A stretch of 64,000 bases of DNA, taken from contig OX597827.1 of the NCBI GenBank assembly GCA_951406725.2, positions 79,174,001 through 79,238,000 of the forward strand, in the 5' to 3' direction. Every line of letters starts with the position of its first letter. Positions within the stretch are counted from its first letter, which is position 1. The notes under the pieces were generated by a model that was not told where the DNA came from, did not search any database, and saw nothing but the letters and a program-made list of their open reading frames with translations. The position numbers were made by a program, and so were the translations under genes. Origin of the DNA: Octopus vulgaris (taxonomy: Eukaryota). Shown one piece after another: positions 12,925 through 23,610 of this stretch.

Positions 12925-13105
12925 AGAGACACATAAAAAGCACCCAGTACACTCTCTAAAGAAGCTGACATTAGGAAGAGCATCCAGGCCTTAAAATCCA
13001 CAACAAAACAGATGGCAGGAGCCTGGTGCAGCTTCCCTGCTCCTGTCAAATTGCTCAACCCATGCCAGTTTGGAAAACAAATGCTAAATAACGATTATGA
13101 TGATA
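12925..13105 (+). mobile_element. Degenerate copy of the (GAT)n-tailed SINE-like family
   Basis: ttaggaagagcatccagg...caacccatgccag...gatgat. Confidence 0.65.
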
Positions 13106-13213
13106 TTCTCCACTCATTTACCATACAACAGATCTGGTGAACAATTTCATTAATATAATACAATGATTACAACAATTTTAAGCGTAGATTAAATCAGTTT
13201 GTAATTAACTTAC

Positions 13214-13388
13214 TGGTGTTGGTGGTAGGATTTGGGATGTTGAGAATTTCCATTCCTCTGGTGTTTACTTCATCTCCAAATAAAACTGGCTTTTAGATTT
13301 TAATGTCTGAAGATTTTGGTTAAATATCTCTTCTGCATTTATGGTTATTGCAACAAGCTTGTTAGTCTGATACGGTAATTGTCTCATC
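13214..13388 (-). pseudogene. Relic of an eighth protocadherin: only the 3' end of the large exon remains
   Basis: Translates MRQLPYQTNKLVAITINAEEIFNQNLQTLKSKSQFYLEMK*TPEEWKFSTSQILPPTP, followed by GTAAGT; in-frame TAA at 13265-13267. Confidence 0.85.
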
Positions 13389-13754
13389 AATTGTGTGTTT
13401 GATGAACAAAGAAAAAAGCTATAGAGAATGTTTTATCATTGTGAAATTAATATTGAAGGAATAAATTAAATCCATTCTAAGATAGCTAACATTAATTGAA
13501 TTATGTTTAGGGAGATGTCTCTATTAAAACTGAGATTAAAAAACCTATTTTATAATAATGTACTACAATAATATAGAGTAGGATATTTGTAGTATTTATT
13601 GTATGAGAGATGGGGTCATAAGAGATGCCATCATAAGGCCCTTTATGTGTGATGTGTAAAAGAAACATAGAGTTGATATTTTTATATGAATATAAAGTAT
13701 TGTATAAGATTTGGTGTGTGAGAGAATCATTTAACAATAGTCATGGAACATCTA

Positions 13755-13834
13755 CTATGTTGGCTGTAGATAGGTATCTTGTATTTGTTGTCCCTTTAGT
13801 ATTGTGGCTGCAACTGGATTGTCATTGGTATATT
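13755..13834 (-). CDS. PCDH: P2 terminal coding exon ((E)YTNDNPVAATILKGQQIQDTYLQPT*)
   Basis: atattttgcag| acceptor; phase 1 matches the preceding exon; TAG TAG stops; repeated behind every P2-P7 gene. Confidence 0.8.
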
Positions 13835-13998
13835 CTGCAAAATATCAAATATACAAACACAAATTACATTTCAATATAACAACTCCAATACATAAAGATA
13901 GAAACATTGATCTTATATTACACTAAGCATAACATTATATATTGTCCTACAGTAATAAAGGCAATTACATTTATATGTTATGTTTTGATAAAAGTTAC

Positions 13999-14143
13999 CT
14001 GGTTCTGCTGGTATCTCATCATATGGTTTAGTCTTGCCATTACTCTTGCTAGCTTCTCTGTCCTTTTGGGATGTTAAGGTGTCACTGTTGTAAGACATGA
14101 TGGAACTGGTACGACGTCCTTGACTATGGATTGAATCACATCT
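13999..14143 (-). CDS. PCDH: P2 cytoplasmic tail exon (RCDSIHSQGRRTSSIMSYNSDTLTSQKDREASKSNGKTKPYDEIPAEP)
   Basis: ttctaatccacag| acceptor and CAG|GTAAC donor; open in phase 0, matching the PPVPQ donor; conservation starts abruptly at the acceptor. Confidence 0.85.
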
Positions 14144-14508
14144 CTGTGGATTAGAATAACAAAGCAGAGTGAATAATGTTAAATAGAAGAAACATTAATA
14201 TTCGTATTCTAGAATGTTCTTAATAAGACACAACAAAAGGATACTTTTATAAAAAAGTAAATGCTGGATGGTAGAATCACATTAACAGTATAATTGAAGA
14301 ATTTGCTAGTATAAAATAACTAGAGAAACAACAAGAAAACATTTACTAGTTAAATGAAAACAATTCCATTTATTCTGGAGAATCTAATTATATAATTTTT
14401 ACTAAATTACAAACAAAAAAATTATACATCCTTACATTTGAAAGATCATTTTCAAAATGTGAAAGAAAAATAGTATTAAAAAATTGAATTGTTTCAAAAT
14501 ATATTTAC

Positions 14509-16908
14509 CTGAGGCACAGGTGGAAGTCTCCTCTGTGTTGTTGAGAATTTCCACTCCTCTGGTGTCTGTTCCATCTCCAGAAAAAACTGACTTTTAGATT
14601 TTATTGTCTGAAGATTTCGGTTAAATATCTCTTCTGCATTTCTCGTTATTGCAACAGGATTGTTAGTCTGATACAGTAATTGTCTCATCTCAGTCTGAGA
14701 GAGAAAGTTGGGATTCTCTGCTGTTGTGGGTGAGTTATTTGTGTGATTAATACATCTGAAAACACACAGTGTTATGGACACTACAATAGCCACAGATAGT
14801 ATTACAGCTGCTGCTACAATGATAATTACCCAAGTCATATTCAGGTCGTGACCAGACTGGAATGGCACAGCAGTCAACATTGGAGATGTATCGTTACTAA
14901 CAAACAGTGTTAGTATGATAGCAGTTGTTGCTGATTGAACTGGAGTACCACCGTCTTTCACTATAAACTGCAGCTCATATGTTCCTGCATCATTTTGGTA
15001 GACTGTGCGAGAGAAAGATAACACACCAGTGTGTGAGTTCACTGTAAACAGGTTTTTATCATTGGATCTCAGTATTCCATATGTGAGGAAAGCATTGTTT
15101 CCAGTGTCTTTGTCAGATGCTCTCAGAATTGTGATGTCCTTCTTACTGTGTGGATGGTAGTGGACATCGAGATTGTAAGGGTCATTATTAGGAAACGTAA
15201 AATACGGAGCATTATCATTTTTATCTAGAATCTCAATAACAATATTGGCAGTGTCATTGAGAGAAGGTGTTCCATTATCTTTCACTAAAACCTGGAACTT
15301 ATAGATGTCTTTCATTTCCCGATCTATTGGTTGTGATGTAGAAATGAATCCATATTTTGTCAGTTGGAAAGGAATGTTATCATTGTTGTTATCATTGATG
15401 ATAGAATATGTAAGTTGGCCTCCATCTCCAAGATCTGGGTCCGTAGCATTGATGAAGCCAATAGGGAAGTCAACTTTCTGGTTTTCATAGGTGAGGAATT
15501 GGAATGTCTCTTTGGTAAAATGTGGTTCTACATCATTGACATCAGTTACTTTGACAGAGAAATACTTTTTACTTTCTAGTTGAGGTGACCCCATGTCATG
15601 ACACACAATAGATACTTTATAGTGGTCCCTTATTTCTCTGTCAAGATGGCCCTTAACAACCATTTTATATTCTTTAGAATCTATTTTGGCAAGGTTAAAT
15701 TTATCATGTTTTAAATCACAGACAACCTCACCATTAGGTCCACTATCAGTGTCAGTGACCATAACATAAGCTATAAAACTACCAATTTTACTTGCTTCTG
15801 AAACTGCTGCTGAGCTCTCTGATAAAGGAGATACAAAATCTATGTTAATCAATGGAGCACTATTCTGGTTATTAATAATGTGAATCTGAACTTTGGTTAC
15901 AGAACTTAAGGGTGGACTCCCTTCATCCTGTGCTTCAATAAATAATTTATATGATTGCTTTTTACTAAACTGAAAATTATCATGTAAAAATAAATCCCCA
16001 CTTGCCTTATCTAATACAAAATATTTCTGGATATTTCGAGATGTTTTATGGTTGAAATGGTAAGAAATCTTTCCATTGTCTCCAGAATCTTTATCTGTGG
16101 CTTTTAAAGTAAGAATTGGTAAATGTCTTTGATGTGAATTACTTATAGTGATGTTGTAGAGTTTCTGTGAAAATACAGGTGTGTTATCATTAACATCTGT
16201 CACAGATATGCGTACCTTGAGTGTAGCTGTTTTGGGAGGGTTTCCTCCATCTTTAGCTTCCAGGGTCAACACATATGAGTCTTTTAGTTCCCTATCTAAT
16301 TTGTCCTCTAGGACCAGTCCTGGAACATAGACACCATCATGTCGCTTTGTGACAGAGAGAGAAAATGGTTCTCTTCTACTTTTCTTAATCAAGTATGTAA
16401 TCTGAGAATTCTTGATTGAAATATCTTTATCAATGGCATTTGGAATTGTTTTTGTTAGACCTTTTGCTTCAGTTTCCCCAAATTCTATGTCAACTTTTTG
16501 ATATGGAAATTCTGGTGAATGGTCATTGATGTCTTCTATCAATATTTTAATCTTGAGAATTTTCATAAAAGTTTCTTCTTTCCTTACTGCTACTTTAACT
16601 ATTCTGGAACATTCCTTGTTGTATGTACACAGAGACTCAGCATCCAGTGTCTGAGTAGTGTATAGTTTTCCTGAGTTGGTGACATTAAATAAGTGAGAAC
16701 CACTCTCGACTGTCCTTTGTAGTTGTGTAAATGTAATGGGAGTGTGTTGTTGATGTGTGAGAGGGTGTGATAAGTTAGAGTCAACAGCAATGTCTCCTAT
16801 ATAGGTGTGAGGTCTGTCTTCTTCCTTGACATGGTATGCAATATCTATGGACAGTACAAGAGTGATCAGTAAAGGTAGAAGACACAGTAGACCAATATAT
16901 GCTGTCAT
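14509..16908 (-). CDS. PCDH: Protocadherin P2, large coding exon (800 codons)
   Basis: Intact ORF, six EC repeats, TM; CAG|GTAAAT donor at 14509; acceptor cttttcttttgtag| at 16946. Confidence 0.95.
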
Positions 16909-18169
16909 GTCTGGAATTCTTCATCACATTTCAGCAGAAGTAATTGCTACAAAAGAAAAGAAAGATATTTAAAGCTTACGAAGAATTCAACCAAAATAAG
17001 ACATACATATTGTGTAAATGTCATATCTATCTCCAAATATATATTTTTAGATTCATTAGAATTATTTAAAATATGTCAACTTCTCTGTTCTGATAGCAGT
17101 TACAGTTCTCTTGAGTGTGATGAGGTGGCTTAATAGATAATATGTAGCAGGCACCATGGTATGGTGAAGACCTATAATATCTGGACCTTTCATGGTAGCT
17201 TCCCTACTGTACTGCTAGGACATGTACTGACAGAATATGGTAAAATCATATTTATCTCCTGCACACTGACGAAGGAACCGTCTCAAAGTGTAGTCTATAT
17301 GTGAAGCGTATATTACAGTATACGGGTGTGAATACCACAATATTGTTTTGTCAAAGATATTCAAACACCATATTTCATTCAATTCTTCTGAACTACTCAT
17401 ATGGTGATTCTACTTTGGTTTGTTTTAAGGAACCATTAGTTCTAATGTTTTGTTGTAGCTTTACTATTGACAGTTGATGAACAAACAGTTGTAAGTTCTC
17501 AAGTTACAATTGTGTGTGTGCATGTGTGTTTGTTTATAATTTACACAAAAATTGAAGTATTTAGCAGTTCTGTCCAACAGGTTGTCTAAATGAAACACTG
17601 TCAGGAATTAGAAATGTGCAATGTGAATGGTGCCATTGGAAAAGGAAGACCTAAAATACATGGAGAAGAAATGGTGAGAATCTGCCTGCAGATGCCGACC
17701 TTCTCAAAAGGGATGAGAACAGCATGTGACAATTGGTGACATGCTGTAGTGGAGAAAATCTTGTTCCTTCAGCCAAATATGGTAGAAATCAGACTGATAA
17801 AGATTGTGCTGTTGACTGAGATGATCTTGTTGCATCCACCAACCATTCCTCACCTTCCCAGCATCGTCTTTCTACTTTCATTCCCTGCTCTCCACTATGG
17901 TACCCTACTCCCCACTCTATCCTTTCTTTATCTCACTACCCTCTTGCTATGCTAACCCTATATTCCAGCCATCATATGGTATTCTCTAACTGTTCTTCCC
18001 CTTACAGTTTGTACACTCACCCTCTGCTCATCTACCATTTTTTATTCATTTGGCATGGTTACTATATCTACATTCTTAACACCTTATAGTATATTTACAG
18101 AGAGTTCTGGGTATATCTTATCATGGCACCAACATTAGAGAGGTTGGCATATCCTTCGCCAGATAACAG

Positions 18170-19510
18170 ATGTCTATATATAGGAAGAGGGTTAGCCTGG
18201 ATGAAATGCAGTTTGGTTTTGTGCCAGGGAGAAACACTACTGATGCTATCTTCCTAATAGGGCAACTGTAAGAGAAGCATTTAGCCAAGAATAAACCTTT
18301 GTATTTGGTTTGTAGACCTGGAGAAAGCCTTTGACAGAGTCCTCCATTTGCTCATCTGGTGGACAATGCAGAAGTTAGGGATAGATGAGCGGTTGGTGAG
18401 AGTGATAGAAGCCATGTACATGGATGCTGTCAGTTAGGTGAAGGTTGGCAATGAGTGTAGCAATGAATTTAGTGTACCAGTAGGAGTTTACCAAGGATTG
18501 GTTCTCAGACCCCTCTAGTTTATCACAATCCTCCCGGCCATAATAGAGGAATTTCAGACTGGCTGCCCATGGGAGCTCCTCTATATTGATGAGCTTGTTC
18601 TTATCGCTGAATCACTACCTGAACTAGAGAAGAAATTTCAGGTGTGGAAGCAAAGTCTGGAATCTAAGGGCTTTGAAGTTAATTTAACTAAGACAAAAGT
18701 CCTAGTTAGTAGGAACACAAACAAAACTTAAATCCCTTCAGGCAGATGGCCCTGCTTGATATAAGGTGTACCCAGTGAAGGCTATGGACATATGAGAAGT
18801 GCAGTGGCATTATGGGAAGGTTGACTGAGAAAGTAGTCTGTATGTGGCAGATGTGCAGGTACAATAAGCACTAAGAATGTACAGAGAACAAACTTCCTGA
18901 AATGTCTGGTGGGTATCCTTAGAAGTAGTAGATAGCTTCCATTACCCAAATGACCAAATTAGCAATGGAAGTGGAAGTTCTGAAAGTGTAGTTGCTAGAA
19001 TAAGAACAGGCTGGGCAAAGTTCAGAGAGCTTCTACCTTTGTTGGTAACAAAGGGCTTCAACCTAAGAGTGAAAGACAGATGATGCCTGTGTACATACAG
19101 CTATGCCACATGGCAGTGAAACATGGGCTATGGTTACAGAGGACATGCAAAGGCTTGAAAGAATTGAAGCCAGCATGCACCTGTGGATGGGTAATGTCAG
19201 TGTGCATGCATAGCACAGTGTAAATGATTTAAGAGGAAAACTGGGTATAAGGTGTATCAGATGTTGTGTGCAAGAGAGAAGGCTGCACTGGTTTGGTCAT
19301 GTGATGCGTTTGGATGAGGACAGCTGCATAAAGAAGTGCTGATCTCTAATTGTAGAGGGATGGAGGGAACCTATGGAAGGGCAAGACCCAGGAAAAATGT
19401 AGGACAAACTAGTGAGAAAAGATCTTCAGTTACTGGGCTTCACAGAGAAGGTGACAAGGGACAAAGACTTCAGACAGTTTGCTGTGTTTGAGAAGATGTG
19501 CCAAGTTAAG
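18170..19510 (+). mobile_element. Degenerate RTE-clade LINE (reverse transcriptase and C-terminal region)
   Basis: MQFGFVPGRNTTDAIF, VDLEKAFDRV, GVYQGLVL, WELLYIDELVL (decayed YADD), LHWFGHVMR; many stops and frameshifts. Confidence 0.85.
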
Positions 19511-19589
19511 TAAAACTGTGGCCATCCATACATACAGCATATCCTCTATGTCCCTCTCTTAGCTAAGAGCTTGTTCTTATAGTCTTGTG

Positions 19590-19980
19590 GGTGCTGGTGT
19601 CACTAAAAGAACTTGCACTGGTTCCACAAAAGAGCACTCGAGCCAGTGCATGACCCATGTAAAAGCACCTCTGCTAGTGCCATATTCAAGTGCCTATGCT
19701 GAGGCCTGCTACCTAAAAGCACCCATGCCGAGCAGTGCCACATAAAAGTACCCGTGCTATGTAAAAGCACTCGTGCCAGTGCTACGTACAAAGCACCAGG
19801 TACGGTTTCTGAAGTGGTTGGCATTAGGAAGGGCAACTAGCTGTAGAAAGCATGCCAAGAGAGACAATTGAAACCTGAGAAACCCTCCAGCTGACAGCTC
19901 CTGTCAAACTGTCCCACCCATTTCAGCATGAAAAACGGACATTAAATGATGGTGATGATAATAATAATGATGATGATAGT
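19590..19980 (+). mobile_element. (GAT)n-tailed SINE-like repeat
   Basis: Repeated taaaagcac units, then gtggttggcattaggaagggc and a gatgat tail. Confidence 0.7.
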
Positions 19981-21981
19981 GGAAATATATAAACAAATAT
20001 ATAAAGAAAACATATTTTTAACATTATGTGTTTGAACAGAGATCTCAATAAATTACAAACAAATTCAGACAATTTACTGAAATATAAGTCTGAATAGACA
20101 TTAAAAAATATAGACTGTTTATACAAATGGAAATGAATACATATATACACGTCACCATACATTTTACTCTGGACATGAATTAGTGTTTCTAACAGCCTGA
20201 CATTTTAGGGAAACAGAGAAACTAGTGAATGCTTCAAGAAGTTGAGTAGACCACCATAGACAGAAATAGATTGAAAGGTTTGGTGAGTTTAGGATCTAAC
20301 TCAGGAGCTCACAGAGGGAAGGAAATGGAAGAAACACAATCAGGGTCCAGTCCAATGGGTTGAAGTGGTCCACAATGGTTAATATTTACCCCCTGACTCT
20401 GGTTGGTGTTGAATGACTGCATGGATCAGATGGTAAAGTACCAGACAACCAGCAGAGTGGTCAGTGGTTCATATCCATTAGAGAAATTGGATGTCAACAC
20501 CCACTTCGTACACCCATGTAATTCACAGAAGGTTTACCTAAGTGAAAAATAAACTAAGTAAATTTGAGGTTCAGACTGAAGTTAGTAACAATATAAGGAG
20601 GTCTGATGTTGGTTGGTAGGATGTCATTTAGGATTAATAATTAAAGAATAAAAACAGTTCTATGAGATTAAAGTAGAGCTTAATGAAAAATAAATTATAA
20701 TGAAGTTATTAAATAGCATTGAGTGGGGAAAATCTAATTAGAGAGGAATTTAAGTTTAGAAAGCTAAACATTTGAGAAATGTTGATTGGATATTTTGGAA
20801 ATTTAACCAAAATCTTCATGGAATATTTCTAAATAAACTGCACACAAAATACTGAATTATATTGACAATAATTATTACAACTTAACAAACCATGTGAAAA
20901 GCACCCATGTTGGTGCCACATAAAGGATACCCAGGACACTTTATAAAGTGCTTGGTGCTAAGAAGGGCATCAAGCCATAGAATCCATGCCAAAAGAGACA
21001 ATTGGAGTTCACAAGGATAATTTGCACTAGACTAAAGATGGGAATCATAAAATGGTGGAGTGAATGTTGATGGAAAATATAATTATCTTCAAGAAATAAG
21101 TAGATCTCTTCCTTATCAAACTAATTGTAAAATATTTTAATCCCTATTTACATACATGTAAATTTTATACATAAAAACTATTATAAGAAACTCTAATAAT
21201 GTGGTGCATGTTAGTTTGTAAGAAGATTACGTTATTTCTGATCAATTCTCAACAAATCTACAATGTTCATCTCTTTTCAGAGTTAATATATTTTAACAAC
21301 ACATGACAATATCACCAGCTTACATCTTGCACTAAATACCATAATGAATATTAATGATAATAATAATAATAATGATGATAATAATAAGCATTGTCAGTAT
21401 AAAGAAATATTTAGTGGATATTTTACAGGTTGTATATGTATATATATTTATATAACTACAGATGTATATACTTATACAGAAATATTAGTGGTCTGATGAA
21501 AAGCTAGAGAAATATAAGGATTTAATAAGTGAATTATTACAACAAAACAGAGAAACTATATTGACATACATTATTAACATCCAGTCTTATTGGCTATCAA
21601 TCAACATTTTCTGACAGTGAAATAAATATATATATACACCTAGTTTGGACTATTTTACAATTAAATTATATATAAAATATATCATAGCAACATATATAGC
21701 TTAATATCTCTTGTCTTGTGTGATTCTGAGATTAAAAGACATAATCCAGTTCAAAGTTATTGTATTACAATGACTACTGCAGTTATTGTTGTTGTTGTTA
21801 ATGGTGCAAGTGATGGCTAGATCTCTCGATCCTCCACTGTCCCAGTCCCTGTATATATACAACATGGCAGACATTTTAGATATTATCCTTACCCTGTCTT
21901 TCACTAGAAACACAAATAATATAAATGTTATAAGGAATATGAAAAGATAATAAAGAGAAAGAAAGAGAGAGAGAGACTTAC

Positions 21982-22200
21982 CTGCATTGTTTAATCCTTC
22001 ACTGTAGTTGTGTGTGATGGATGATGTGTATCCTGCTGTAGTGTTCCACTCCAACTGCTGCTGCTGCTGTAGTGGTATTATAGTGGTACTGCTGCTGTTG
22101 TAGTAGTGTTCCTGTGTTACTGCAGCTGCTGCTGCTGTTCCTGTGTAACTGCTGATATAATAGTGTGACAGTTGCTGTATGTAGTGGGAGGTGAGATGTT
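21982..22200 (-). other. Putative 5' leader exon of P2 (5' end approximate)
   Basis: CAG|GTAAGT donor at 21982 inside a block repeated upstream of P2-P6; pairs with the acceptor 38 nt before the ATG. Confidence 0.7.
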
Positions 22201-22405
22201 AGCCAGATGCTGGTGTGTGCTAGTTACAACCCTATGTCCTCCACACACACACACACAATTGTGTGTATGATGAACAAAGAAAAAGCTATCAGCCTCACTT
22301 TCAATATTGAAAGAAATATAGAAAATCTCTCTCATCCAATAGGAAATTACTGCAATGTTGTCTGTGTCACACAAACACATCAAACAAGAGAAGTCATGTT
22401 ACACA
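22200..22405 (-). promoter_or_regulatory. Putative P2 promoter module (CCAAT 22336-22340; palindromes 22251-22266 and 22298-22313)
   Basis: Non-coding block nearly identical in five copies, directly upstream of the leader exon. Confidence 0.6.
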
Positions 22406-23226
22406 GAAGCAACTTCATAGTTGATATGTAATAATAACAATATATTACATATTTTCTGTTCAGAAATTAAAAATTTACATGAAAAATACAAAACTTATTA
22501 TTATACAATTTTAAATATTTCTGCAGAGAGATGTAAATTTTAGTAAAGACAACCAAAATTTGATCACTTTTAAAGTTCATTTTAATTAAAGTTTAAATTA
22601 ACCTAATTTTAAGTGTGGAAATGAAAATATTTCCAAATCAATTATTTTGAATGCTGAAGCTATTTTCTAGAAATATTCTAATTTATCTTCAATATCTGAC
22701 TTTGTAAAAGATGAAACTTTGCAATTTCAAAATTCAACAAAAGTTCAAATATGATTAGGTGTTTGTAGTATGCTATTTCTCTAAAATAATTATCAATCTG
22801 GTAATTTGTAAAACTACTTTTAGAGTTGATATAGAAAAAAAAATGCAAAGACAAATGTTGTAAATAAAGGTAAAACAGCAGAAGCTACATGTTAGAATTG
22901 GTGTTAAACTAAAAGATACTATAATTAAACATTCTAGGATGACTCAGATGAAGTTATCTATGTTTAGTGAAATGCCTATACCAAAATGAAAGTAAAATAA
23001 TTATTTTATACTAATGTACTATGGTAATATAAAGTAAGGTGTTTCTAGTATTTAATGCATCAGAAATGTAAATTAGGGGTCATAACAGATGCCAATGTAA
23101 GGCCCTTTTGTGTGTGTGATGTGTGAAAGAAACATAGAGTTTATATTTTTCATATGAATATTGTATAAGTATTGTATAAGATTTGGTGTGTGAGAGAATC
23201 ATTTAACAATAGTCATGGAACATCTA

Positions 23227-23306
23227 CTATGTTGGCTGTAGATAGGTATCTTGTATTTGTTGTCCCTTTAGTATTGTGGCTGCAACTGGATTGTCATTGG
23301 TATATT
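23227..23306 (-). CDS. PCDH: P3 terminal coding exon
   Basis: Copy of 13755-13834 with intact acceptor and stop. Confidence 0.8.
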
Positions 23307-23468
23307 CTGCAAAATATCAAATATACAAACACAAATTACATTTCAATATAACAACTCCAATATATAAAGATAGAAACATTGATCTTATATTACACTAAGC
23401 ATAACATTATATATTGTCCTACAGTAATAAAGGCAATTACATTTATGTTATGTTTTGATAAAAGTTAC

Positions 23469-23610
23469 CTGGTTCTGCAGGTATCTCATATGGTTTAGTC
23501 TTGCCATTACTCTTGCTAGCTTCTCTGTCCTTTTGGGATGTTAAGGTGTCACTGTTGTAAGACATGATGGAACTGGTGCGACGTCCTTGACTATGGATTG
23601 AATCACATCT
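23469..23610 (-). CDS. PCDH: P3 cytoplasmic tail exon (142 nt, in-frame 3-nt deletion)
   Basis: taatcaccag| acceptor, CAG|GTAAC donor; PYEIP instead of PYDEIP. Confidence 0.85.

Noticed and set aside
13649-13879. Repeated plus-strand ORF (…YKIWCVRESFNNSHGTSTML…) in several copies
   Set aside because: Antisense shadow of the terminal exon and 3'UTR; start and frame vary between copies (broken in the P3 copy)
13913-14098. Stand-alone small ORF MSYNSDTLTSQKD…
   Set aside because: It is the internal part of the tail exon plus intron read-through after EPG|GT
14515-14560. WIRS (WAVE-binding) motif at WKFSTT
   Set aside because: Lacks the required F after T/S (FSTT, not FxTF)
21701-22054. Repeated ORF MEWNTTAGYTSS… as a small membrane protein or coding first exon
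   Set aside because: Starts at TTG, crosses the donor into a (CT)n tract that shifts frame between copies, and the spliced frame hits TGA before the Pcdh ATG
21800-22405. CTCF-type conserved sequence element as in vertebrate Pcdh promoters
   Set aside because: No convincing CCAC/GNAGGTGGC-like match by eye; needs a PWM scan
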